A stretch of 64,000 bases of DNA from Macrostomum hystrix (Eukaryota > Animalia > Platyhelminthes): assembly GCA_950097015.1 (NCBI GenBank), contig CATNEN010000039.1, positions 19,964,001 to 20,028,000 on the forward strand, written 5' to 3'. The notes under the pieces were generated by a model. The model searched no databases. It saw nothing but the letters and a program-made list of their open reading frames with translations, and was not told where the DNA came from. Of this stretch, positions 47,114 through 58,614 are shown piece after piece. The position numbers were made by a program, and so were the translations under genes. The first letter of the stretch is position 1. Each line of letters begins with the position of its first letter.

Positions 47114-50100
47114 ATGCTAGACAATCAGGCCAGCTCAACCAGGCTAGCAGCTGAAGTGTTTCTATCCTTTCTGATCTGGTCCGGGATCTACAAAATTCTT
47201 GCACTCTTTGGCGCTACCAACCGGTTGTCAAGCGAATGGCGTTGTCGTCTAGTAACAGTTGGGCACGCCTGTCTTGTCACCTGCCTGTCCTGGTACGATG
47301 TGCTGGCAATGGGACGCAACGCTATTTATTGGGAGCTACAGGGTAAGTTTTTGGATTCGTTTAATGACCCAAAATAAACGTTTAATTTAGTGTTAATGGC
47401 CAATATTTATGACGAACCACCTGATGTTAATGACCTATAATTATGACGAACCACCTGATGTTTAATGACCTATAATTATGACGAACCACCTGATGTTAAT
47501 GACCTATAATTATGACGAACCACCTGATGTTTAATGACCTATAATTATGACGAACCACCTGATGTTAATGACCTATAATTATGACGAAACACCTGATGTT
47601 TAATGACCTATAATTATGACGAACCACCTGATGTTAATGACCTATTATTATGACGAAACACCTGATGTTTAATGACCAATAATTATGACGAAACACCTGA
47701 TGTTAATGACCAATAATTTATGACGAAACACCTGATGCTAATGACCAATCCCTATGACGAACCACCTGATGCTAATGACCAATCCCTATGACGAACCACC
47801 TGAAGTTTATGACTTATCCTTATGACAGACCAACTGAAGTTTATGACCAAACCCTATGACAAACCACCTGATGTTAATGACCAATAATTTATGACGAACC
47901 ACCTAATCTTAATGACCAATCATTATGACGAACCACCTGATGCTAATGACCAATCATTATGACGAACCACCTGATGCTAATGACCAATCCCTATGACGAA
48001 CCACCTGAAGTTTATGACCAAAGCTTATGAAAAACCAGCTGAGGTTAATGTCTAATAATTATGATAAACCAGCTGTGGTTAATGACAAAAAGTTTTACGA
48101 ATATATTTTCTGTTGTTTTTTCTTATAATGTTTTAGCTGACACTTGGTTGTCTAAAGTATCTTCAAGACGGTATTGATTTTTTTAAACTAAAGATAAAAG
48201 TTTAGCAGAAAAATTGTTTTGGTTGTTTTTTATTTTTTTACACTACCGAATTGTAGACGAATGCACCAATACTACACTTGTATATTAATCATATCTTGCA
48301 TTTCTCAAGTCTCTCAAGTTTAAATCTTATTTTGCTTTATTCCTAGCTTAATTAGACGGTCGAAAGCACATGTAATTTTTTACTAGCCTTTTTATTAAAT
48401 TTATCAATATCATTTTTTTCGAGAATGCTGATATATTCTTCAAAGTCTGAAGTCAACATTTCCCGCAATACCCTGTTTTGAGTGCTGCCGTTGCTTATGT
48501 TCTAGATAATATTTAATGAATTAAGGAAAACTAATAATATCTCGTTCTCAAATTTAATTGGTCTAAAATCCCATTCTCAGATCAATTAGGATAATATCCC
48601 ATTCTTATATCAATTAGGATGATATCCCATTCTCAGATCAATTAGGATAATATCCCATTCCCAAAAAATTAGGACAATATCCTATTCTCAGATCAATTAG
48701 GATAATATCCCATTATCAGATAAATTAGGATAATATCCCATTCTCAGATCAATTAGGATAATATCCCATTCTCAGATCAATTTGGATAATGTCCCATTCT
48801 CAGATCAATTAGGATAATATCCCATTCTCAGATCAATTTGGATAATGTCCCATTCTCAGATCAATTAGGATAATATCCCATTCTCAGATCAATTAGGATA
48901 ATATCCCATTCTCAGATCAATTAGGATAATGTCCCATTCTCAGATCAATTAGGATAATATCCCATTCCCAGACAATTAGGACAATATCCTATTCTCAGAT
49001 CAATTAGGATAATATCCCATTCTCAATTAAACCGAAAAAATATGGTCTCCTTATACGCTCGTATGCATCATGTTGGGATTCCGTATTTATAAAATCTGAG
49101 GCCAGTGCATTATTGTACTGTCTGTTGCTCTCTCCCTTCTTCAATTCAATACAGGGCAGCCCTATAATAGTCTCGAACGCTGCTTGTTCACCGTCTGTCT
49201 GGGATATTTTCTATTCGACCTGGCTTGGTGCCTGCTGCACAGAACCGAAGGCCCGCTGATGCTGCTGCACCACTGCGCCAGTGTGTTCGGCATCTCAATG
49301 TCTCTGTTGTGCTGCCGGTGGGCCCCGGAGCTAACTGTCACCATTGGCGGCAGCGAGATCAGTAATCCCCTGCTTCAGCTGCGGTGGTTTCTAAGAAATA
49401 GTAACGGAAGCTACAGTCCTGGCAGGTGAGTGTTGCTGGAGATTGTTGGGATGGAGGATACTACCACAGTTCTTCAATGCAGCTATGAAATTTTGAATCC
49501 ATGGTGTCAAGTTAAAGGGAAATCTGTCACATAGAAGCTGTAGTTGAAATCATGGTGGTATCGTTTTCGTTCATTAGCTGCAACGAAAAGTGTCTGCACA
49601 AGTCAGCACCAGTGCTACACATCCTCAAATGTCTTCAAATCGATATAATCAATAAACATCGAATAGTAAAACTCCAAACAATGCATGAACTGGTTAGTCA
49701 TTTTCGTGGCATTCGTCAGTCACATTTAAAATCTAATCAACGTGCCTCAGAAAACAAAGAATGAGGTATTTCGAGCATTATGACGTGACGAGTCAGTGCT
49801 TCGAGCTCTCTGTAAGGCGGATCAGGCAGCAACTCACAATTCAGCTGGTCAATCTTCTCCATTGTCTTTTCAACTGTGTGCGGCCGAGCGTCGTGTCGCT
49901 GTCGAGTTGTCGTGGCGCAGGAAGCAGGGCTTATCACCAGATTGACGCGCATCGTCCTTTAGTCTGGCCAGGCTAGCGATGTCCGCATTAATCGTTGTCC
50001 CTTCTTCTAGAAAATCGATTGTCAGTGGACCAGAGTGGTCAAAGATGAGCGTCAACATGACCTTCCTCAAATGCTGGCAGTTTGCCCAGACGCAACTTTC

Positions 50101-51628
50101 TTCATTTGTGTCAGGATCAAAGAATAGGACCCATGTCTCATCCCCCGAGATGATCAGCATTCCAAAGTCACATTGCCTCAGTTTTTTGACTTGGCGTCGT
50201 TCATTTGCTGTGCCTTGAGCTCCGGTGTGAGGAGGCGGGGCGCCCAACAAGCTGAGATCTTCAAGAGATTCAAATCAGTGTTGACAACGTGCAGGGTCGG
50301 CCAGATCCTGGCTGGTCATCGACTGTGGACTGTCCGTCCTTAGACCGTTCGATCCATCCGTAAATGACCGTTCTATTGATGCTGATCTCACCATGGATAG
50401 AGAAAAGATGCTTCGCTTTTTTGGCTCCGCTCCATCATGCCAACTCCAACTTTTGGGACACCCCTCGTAATGAAGAGTCGAAAATCAGGGGATAATGGAT
50501 TAGAGGATACTGGATCGCAGATCAGAGGATGGTGGAATATTGGATAAGAGAATTTGTGGATAATTAGTTAATTGATTGATTACACCTGCCCCAATCGGGC
50601 CAGATGTGCAGCCGACAGCACAGCCGCAGCTAATGCGCGGCGCATCTGAAGGCTGCGTACAGCTGTTCAGTCCATGGACTAGGGGGACGCCACACCCACC
50701 TTCAATTATCCCAGCTGATGCTGGTACCCATTTAACAGCTGGGTGAACTGAAGCACTGCAGAGTTAAGTGTCTAGCTAAAGGACAGAAATTGTTCCAGTG
50801 GAGTCGGGAATCGAACCCCCGACCTTTGAGTCCGACGCCCTAACCACTAGGCTACAACCTCTTGGGGATGATGTATTACTGGATAACTGGACTGTAAATT
50901 AGAGGATTTATAGATGATGGGTTTGAATTATTGGATAATGGGATTGTAGATTAGATGATTGTGGGATATGTTATTAGAGAATTGTGGGATAATTGATTAG
51001 AGAATTGTGGGATAATTAATTTGAGGATTTTCGGATAATTTATTAGGGGATTGTGGGACAATTTTTTGACGATAACTGGATTGTAGATAAGAGGATTACG
51101 GGATAATGGATTAGAGGATAATGTGATTTTCGATAATACGATTTGGGGATAATTTATATTTAGATAAGATTATTAGAGATAATGGATTAAAGTATTAATA
51201 TCTGTTTGATTAGACAATTTTGAGTTCATTAATTTGATTTATTGAGTGTCGTTAAATTAGATGAGAAAGGATAATTTAGTTAAAACTTTTATCGTCAAAT
51301 CGAATTCAATTGTCCCAATTGCAGAGCCAAGCTGCTGCTAATAGTTGAGCTGACATTCCTGCTCACATTCTTCCTGATGCGCGCTGTCGTCGGCGGCTGC
51401 CTTATTGTATCCTACCTGGCTAATCCAAACACAGATTATCTGGGCCGTCTTGGAGCCCTGACTATGTTCAGTATTGGCCTTGCATTTCTTGGTCAGATTA
51501 TGGGTCAAGCCTGCAGGCGTATTGGGCGAGCCAATGTGACCAAGAATTTATCAAAATGTCAGCTTGATTTGACGAAATTTCGTGTCGCTAATGGCGACAA
51601 CAATAACGAAGTTAAAAAGGCCGCGTAA
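47114..51628 (+). CDS. TLCD5: TLC domain-containing protein 5 (TMEM136-like)
   Basis: Exons 47114-47342, 49155-49425 and 51325-51628. Motifs EWRCRLVTVGHA, LGYFLFDLAWC...EGPLMLLHH, GSEISNPLLQLRWFL and FFLMR. Confidence 0.9.
47390..48090. repeat. 34-35 bp minisatellite TTAATGACCTATAATTATGACGAACCACCTGATG
   Basis: ~20 tandem copies in TLCD5 intron 1. Confidence 0.93.
48570..49027. repeat. 28-bp minisatellite TCCCATTCTCAGATCAATTAGGATAATA
   Basis: ~16 tandem copies. Confidence 0.94.
49790..50470 (-). mobile_element. Degenerate mariner (Tc1/mariner) DNA transposon remnant
   Basis: Transposase motifs WAP-like, GDETWV, KVMLTLIFD..G, FLEEGTTINA, HDN and PPY, with deletions and frameshifts. Mariner-type end TACGAGGGGTGTCCCAAAAGT at 50470-50450 (-). 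Confidence 0.85.
50561..50865 (-). mobile_element. tRNA-derived SINE family A, full length
   Basis: Reverse-complement match over ~290 bp to the 36712 copy; B box GGTTCGATTCC. Confidence 0.9.
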
Positions 51629-51884
51629 AAAATTTATTATTAACTGTCAGGTTTTTGTCATTCGTACAAAAACAAGTTTTTATACTAGCGTGTTGATCGC
51701 AAATGCACTCTTTGGTTTGGGTTTAACTATTTGTCGTAGATCTGTCAAGTCTGTCATCAAGTATTTTTCTTATAGAATTTGGGCATTTTATTTCGAAGGA
51801 GTCATTCAAGTCTTAGGAGAATCTTCTATGAGGTCATAGAAGAATCACTTCATGTTGGTCAGAAAAAAGTCCCTGAATGATGAT

Positions 51885-52620
51885 CATAAATGATACTTCA
51901 GAATGGTCAGAGATGATACTTCAGAATGGTCATAGATGGTACTTCAGAATGGTCATAGATGGTACTTCAGGAAATGGTCATAGATGGTACTTCAGGAAAT
52001 GGTCATAGATGGTACTTCAGAATGGTCATAGATGGTACTTCAGGAAATGGTCATAGATGGTACTTCAGAATGGTCATAGATGGTATTTCAGAATGGTCAT
52101 AGATGGTACTTCAGGAAATGGTCATAGATGGTACTTCAGAATGGTCATAGATGGTACTTCAGGAAATGGTCATAGATGATACTTCAGAATGGTCATAGAT
52201 GGTACTTCAGAATGGTCATAGATGGTATTTCAGAATGGTCATAGATGGTACTTCAGGAAATGGTCATAGATGGTACTTCAGAATGGTCATAGATGGTACT
52301 TCAGGAAATGGTCATAGATGGTACTTCAGAATGGTCATAGATGGTACTTCAGAATGGTCAGAGATGATACTTCAGAATGGTCATAGATGGTACTTCAGAA
52401 TGGTCATAGATGGTATTTCAGAATGGTCATAGATGGTACTTCAGGAAATGGTCATAGATGGTACTTCAGAATGGTCATAGATGGTACTTCAGGAAATGGT
52501 CATAGATGGTACTTCAGAATGGTCATAGATGGTACTTCAGGAAATGGTCATAGATAGTACTTCAGAATGGTCAGAGATGGTACTTCAGGGTGGTCATAGA
52601 TGGTTCTTCAGGATGGTCAT
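51885..52620. repeat. 23/25-bp minisatellite ATGGTCATAGATGGTACTTCAG(A/GAA)
   Basis: ~30 tandem copies. Confidence 0.95.
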
Positions 52621-53348
52621 TAGTGGTTAATTCCAGGATTTTCTTCAATGGCTTGTTGGTCATAGATTGGTCATAGATTGGTCATAGATGGCTTACTATT
52701 CAGGTTGGTCATAGATTGACCAATCATTTCTTCTTATAAAAATTTCTGTCGCAGTATCTATGGTGCTTAACAAGAAATGTTTATTAAATGCTATTTTGAC
52801 TTAAGATATTGAATGCCGTATTAGAGAAACAATTTTAATGACAAGTAAATGCAATTATATGTATGTCTAATTAATTTATTTTCTGATTTCGTTTAGAAGA
52901 GCAAATATGTTTCTTTGTGATCTGTACCTGACATCAAATATCTAATATTGTGCCTTATCATAAAAGATAATAAAAGTATATTGTTTTCTTTCAGCATGTT
53001 CATTATCGATGCTTTTTTATGATTTGTTATATAAAAGAGACACCTGATTTTTCTCATTATCTGTAAGTGATCTCTGCGTGTGTACTGTTTAATATTTTTA
53101 TTATTTCTAAATAATTTTCCTACTGAGAAAAAATTCCGTTATAATTGCCAACGTTTTGACAATTTATTTCGTTAGGCAATAGAAACTAACAATTAATTTT
53201 CTAAACAAATACATGCATAATTTTACTCACTTTATACAATTGTCAGACTGTAGATGGCAACGAACATGAAGAATTTCTTGTTTAAACCAACAATTTCTTT
53301 CTTTTGACTACCTTAGGTTCATTCCGTTATTTATAAACTGGGTTGTCT

Positions 53349-55305
53349 ATATTGATTCCCTTATCCCACAGTGGGTCGCCGATATTGATTCCCTTATCCC
53401 ACAGTGGGTCGCCGATATTGATTCCCTTATCCCACAGTGGGTCGCCGATATTGATTCCCTTATCCCACAGTGGGTCGCCGATATTGATTCCCTTATCCCA
53501 CAGTGGGTCGCCGATATTGATTCCCTTATCCCACAGTGGGTCGCCGATATTGATTCCCTTATCCCACAGTGGGTCGCCGATATTGATTCCCTTATCCCAC
53601 AGTGGGTCGCCGATATTGATTCCTTTATCCCACAGTGGGTCGCCGATATTGATTCCCTTATCCCACAGTGGGTCGCCGATATTGATTCCTTTATCCCACA
53701 GTGGGTCACCGATATTGATTCCCTTATCCCACAGTGGGTCGCCGATATTGATTCCCTTATCCCACAGTGGGTCGCCGATATTGATTCCCTTATCCCACAG
53801 TGGGTCGCCGATATTGATTCCCTTATCCTACAGTGGGTCGCCGATATTGATTCCTTTATCCCACAGTGGGTCGCCGATATTGATTCCCTTATCCTACAGT
53901 GGGTCGCCGATATTGATTCCCTTATCCCACAGTGGGTCGCCGATATTGATTCTCTTATCCTACAGTGGGTCGCCGATATTGATTCTCTTATCCTACAGTG
54001 GGTCGCCGATATTGATTCCCTTATCCTACAGTGGGTCGCCGATATTGATTCCTTTATCCTACAGTGGGTCGCCGATATTGATTCCCTTATCCTACAGTGC
54101 GTCGCCGATATTGATTCCTTTATCCTACAGTGGGTCGCCGATATTGATTCCTTTATCCTACAGTGGGTCGCCGATATTGATTCCTTTATCCCACAGTGGG
54201 TCGCCGATATTGACTCCCTTATCCTACAGTGGGTCGCCGATATTGAATCCCTTATCCTACAGTGGGTCGCCGATATTGATTCCCTTATCCTACAGTGGGT
54301 CGCCGATATTGACTTCCTTATCCTACAGTGGGTCGCCGATATTGATTCCCTTATCCTACAGTGGGTCGCCGATATTGATTCCCTTATCCTACAGTGGGTC
54401 GCCGATATTGATTCCCTTATCCTACAGTGGGTCGCCGATATTGATTCCTTTATCCCACAGTGGGTCACCGATATTGATTCCCTTATCCCACAGTGGGTCG
54501 CCGATATTGATTCCTTTATCCCACAGTGGGTCACCGATATTGATTCCCTTATCCTACAGTGGGTCGCCGATATTGATTCCCTTATCCTATAGTGGGTCGC
54601 CGATATTGATTCCCTTATCCCACAGTGGGTCGCCGATATTGATTCCCTTATCCTACAGTGGGTCGCCGATATTGATTCCTTTATCCCACAGTGGGTCGCC
54701 GATATTGATTCCCTTATCCTATAGTGGGTCGCCGATATTGATTCCCTTATCCCACAGTGGGTCGCCGATATTGATTCCCTTATCCCACAGTGTGTCACCG
54801 ATATTGATTCCCTTATCCCACAGTGGGTCGCCGATATTGATTCCCTTATCCCACAGTGGGTCGCCGATATTGATTCCCTTATCCTACAGTGGGTCGCCGA
54901 TATTGATTCCCTTATCCCACAGTGGGTCGCCGATATTGATTACCTTATCCCACAGTGGGTCGCCGATATTGACTCCCTTATCCCACAGTGGGTCGCCGAT
55001 ATTGATTCCCTTATCCCACAGTGGGTCGCCGATATTGATTTCCTTATCCCACAGTGGGTCGCCGATATTGATTCCTTTATCCTACAGTGGGTCGCCGCTA
55101 TTGATTCCTTTATCCCACAGTGGGTCGCCGATATTGATTCCCTTATCCTACAGTGTGTCGCCGATATTGATTCTCTTATCTTATAGTGGGTCGCCGATAT
55201 TGATTCCCTTATCCCACAGTGGGTCGCCGATATTGATTCCCTTATCCTACAGTGGGTCGCCGATATTGATTCTCTTATCTTATAGTGGGTCGCCGATATT
55301 GATTC
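53349..55305. repeat. 33-bp minisatellite ATATTGATTCCCTTATCC(C/T)ACAGTGGGTCGCCG, ~59 copies
   Basis: Head-to-tail array; source of the 734-aa and 483-aa pseudo-ORFs. Confidence 0.97.
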
Positions 55306-55776
55306 TGCAAAGCTTGAACATAATTTATCGCTCTTGTATGTTACTTGACATTATAATTTCAATTCGTGTATTAGAAATCTGTTTAATTGAAAATCTACCG
55401 ACTAGAATTTGTAGTTATTCAGCAGAAGCAAGTTGTTTACAAAACAATCTCCTAAAAAAGCGGTTAAAAGGCAATGAAGAAAACATTGCTACCAGTTCAA
55501 TCTATGATAAAATTTGGCGGTGCAAAAAATGTTCCGAATATTATTAGCATAGGCTATTGTTGTGACTTTAGATTAAAAATGCTCACCATTTTACCGCAGA
55601 CCACCTAAAACAAGAGTAAATGAAAACTAGAATTGTTTAGGCACTTGAGTCAGTTCTCATAATAAATAAGTTCGTGTGACACTGAGGGATGAGGAACAAA
55701 TGATCTAGTAAATAAAACAATGAATAGCTAACAATAGGTGCGTGAACTCTGGTTGCACTGACGGTGATCGATGCGC

Positions 55777-56860
55777 TCAAAGCATGAGATTGCAGCGGCA
55801 TGTTGCGGCGTCCTTAGCAACCGTTTGGTCGCCAGGCGATCGCAGTGAAGCCGAGATCTGTCGCAGGCTGGCTACAATGTCGCGCAATGCGGCGAGCTTG
55901 TCTCTTTCCACTCTGAGTCGGCGCTCTTCCACGCGCAACAGCCGACGCTCGAGCGCCTCAGTCTGGTCTGGATGATCGTCTCCGTGCTCGACGTCTGAAC
56001 GTGAGCTGCGGCGCCAGCGGCAACAGCTGCAGCAGCAGCAGCGTCGATGCTGCTGGTGACTCTTGTCGGCGGCTGACAGCGCCGGCTCCGAAATCGTCGG
56101 TGGCGCGGTTGTCTCGGCTAGAAGACGCCTTTGAAGCGTCTCAACCACCGTCAGGATTGACGGCTTTGTTGCTGTTGCGGCAGTCGCAGGAAGTGACGGC
56201 GGCGTTGGCATCAGAGGCAATGACGGTTGAGACGTCAACTGTCGCGTCAGTATGATCTCGGAGCGATCAATAACCAACGGACGCTCGTCCTTTTCCTCAA
56301 CGGACGACGCTTCGTAATCTTCGACGCTAATCTGTCTGTTCTCATGGTTGAGCACACTGAAGTCAGCAGGCTTGTCAGCAGTTGGCGTTGAATGCTCCAT
56401 CAGCTCGACGTCTACTACGGTGACAGCGGCGGCGCCTTCGAGTATCTCGATGACGCGACACTCAGCCGGTGTCAGCTGCTTCAATGCTTCGTTGGGGTCA
56501 GCGCCGTGGCAGACCTGGCCCAGTTCAGTCATCAGAGCCTCCTTCTTGGCTTTGGTGACCATGCGAAGGTTCTTCCATTTTTTGCGCACCTCGCTTACGG
56601 TTCTGTGCAGAGTGCCAGTTGAATTGACGCGGCTGGTTATCAACTGAGGGTGTTAAAGGATGCGTCGGTGTCTTCAGTACCCTGCAAAATACGCTCGTAA
56701 TAATAATAAGAATATAATTATTCTTTACCTGCCATTCGCGCTCCTTGATGGCCTTAGAAATTCTCCCTGGACAGGCGTTGGCAACAATTTCGCGACTGGC
56801 GGCTACACCGTCTATTAAGGTGTCCATCTCGGAGCTGCTGAAATTTGGCCTGCGTTTCAT
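55777..56860 (-). CDS. Myb/SANT-like DNA-binding domain protein (MSANTD/NAIF1-type) with C-terminal coiled coil
   Basis: Exons 56860-56729 (MKRRPNFSSSEMDTLI...KEREWQ) and 56643-55777 (LITSRVNS...RTVSEVRKKWKNLR; LERRLLRVEERRLRVERDKL), joined in phase 0. Confidence 0.85.
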
Positions 56861-57779
56861 TGTTTTGCCTTCTTCTATAGCTAGCCTGCGGACTAGGCTT
56901 TGAACTAGCGGCCTCGCTTCGTCCTGAATTTCTCTTGAACAAATTCTAAGAAAGCTGAGCACACAAGTTAACCATGCGTGAGAAGCCTTTACTAAAATAT
57001 GGAGCGGTATAGGGGAAGTAGCTAATCTACTGGCTAAAGCCCGAGCGAGTGAAGACTCACTATTCTAGGGCTTGCGGGAGAGACGGAGGGGAGAAGAGCA
57101 TTATAGGGTGGTGGTGGTGGGGGGGAATGAACGGAATCTGCTGTTCACCTCGTGAGCAGCAGATCAGACTAGTTGAGCACAACAGTCGAGCCGCACAGAC
57201 AAGTCACGGGTCTCAGAGCATACCTTATGCCATGGCTTATTAGCTACATGGTTACTCATTCGCATTGCGCGCGCATTGGTCGGTACCGAGTTTAGGGTCT
57301 CGTATTTTTATCAGCTTTACTTGTTCTTTATGTACATAGTACAAAGTCATAGCTATAGGCTTAAAATGCTGTAGCGGCTCATTGTTTTGGACCTATAGAA
57401 AAGCTCTTCTGACTTTGACTTAGACTAACTAGACTAGCCAGTCTATAAAGGACTATATTATAGGGACTGTATCTAGGGTTAATCTGAGCTTAAGCTTTTG
57501 TTCCACTTAGCGAGCCCCCCCCGACAGTATGGCCATAGGGCCTTCGTTAAGTTGGGATTGAAAAAGGCTTAATAGTTGAGGACAGAGTTAATAATGCTGC
57601 TTGGCGACTTGGAAAACTATTTTTTAATTATTTTATTTCCTTTCGTCTCAAGCTGAACTCGTGTGCCTCAGGCCAGTAAAGGGAAATAGTTATGTAAATA
57701 TATTTTCTCTTTTATCAAGCATTTGTGGCTTGCCATAGTGTACATCAACTACTGCAGAAGCTCTGCAACTAGGTGGTAG

Positions 57780-58320
57780 TTAGTCTAACAGGTAGGGGGT
57801 CTGTCTGACAGGTGGGGGATCTGTCTGACAGGTGGGGGGATCTGTCTGACAAGTGGGGGATCTGTCTGACAGGTAACGGATCTGTCTGACAGGTAAGGGA
57901 TCTGTCTGACAGGTAAGGGATCTGTCTGACAGGTAAGGGATCTGTCTGACAGGTGGGGGATCTGTCTGACAGGTAGGGGATCAGTCTGACAGGTAAGGGA
58001 TCTGTCTGACAGGTAAGGGATCTGTCTGACAGGTAAGGGATCTGTCTGACAGGTAAGGGATCTGTCTGACAGGTAAGGGATCTGTCTGACAGGTAAGGGA
58101 TCTGTCTGACAGGTAAGGAATCTGTCTGACAGGTAAGGGATCTGTCTGACAGGTAAGGGATCTGTCTGACAGGTAAGGGATCTGTCTGACAGGTAATGGA
58201 TCTGTCTGAAAGTTAGGAGATATGTCTAACAGGCAGTAGATGTGTCTAACAGGCAGTAGATGTGTCTAACAGGCAGTAGATGTGTCTAACAGGCAGTAGA
58301 TGTGTCTAACAGGCAGTAGA
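57780..58320. repeat. 20-bp minisatellite TCTGTCTGACAGGTAAGGGA
   Basis: ~27 tandem copies, drifting to TGTGTCTAACAGGCAGTAGA at the right end. Confidence 0.95.
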
Positions 58321-58614
58321 TTTTAACAAGAAGTCAGAATTTAGTGATTGTTGAGTCTGATTGTTTATTTGTCTTATTGCTAGGGGTCCAGTACAATTCG
58401 GCATGCGATCAAAACAGCTGGGAATATGCTTTCAGAAAAGTACTGAGAGTAAGGCTCTGGCTATTCAGGTGCAGTTGGTAAATTTGGCTAGAATTTTGTA
58501 GATATAAATAGTAATAGGTTAGAAATTTATCTTTAGAAAATTAAATAGTTGTCATGCAGAAGGTTCAGCTGGTTCTGACTGACACCTGTTTGTGGCCGCA
58601 AACAATAACAACGA

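Noticed and set aside
53343-55547. 734-aa ORF (PILIPLSHSGS repeats) and a CRISPR-like 33-bp repeat with the palindrome CCCACAGTGGG
   Set aside because: Head-to-tail minisatellite with unit length divisible by 3, open on both strands. There are no spacers or cas genes, and the context is eukaryotic.
55777-56860. Harbinger transposon (Myb/SANT ORF)
   Set aside because: No adjacent DDE transposase or TIRs; it looks like an intron-containing host gene.
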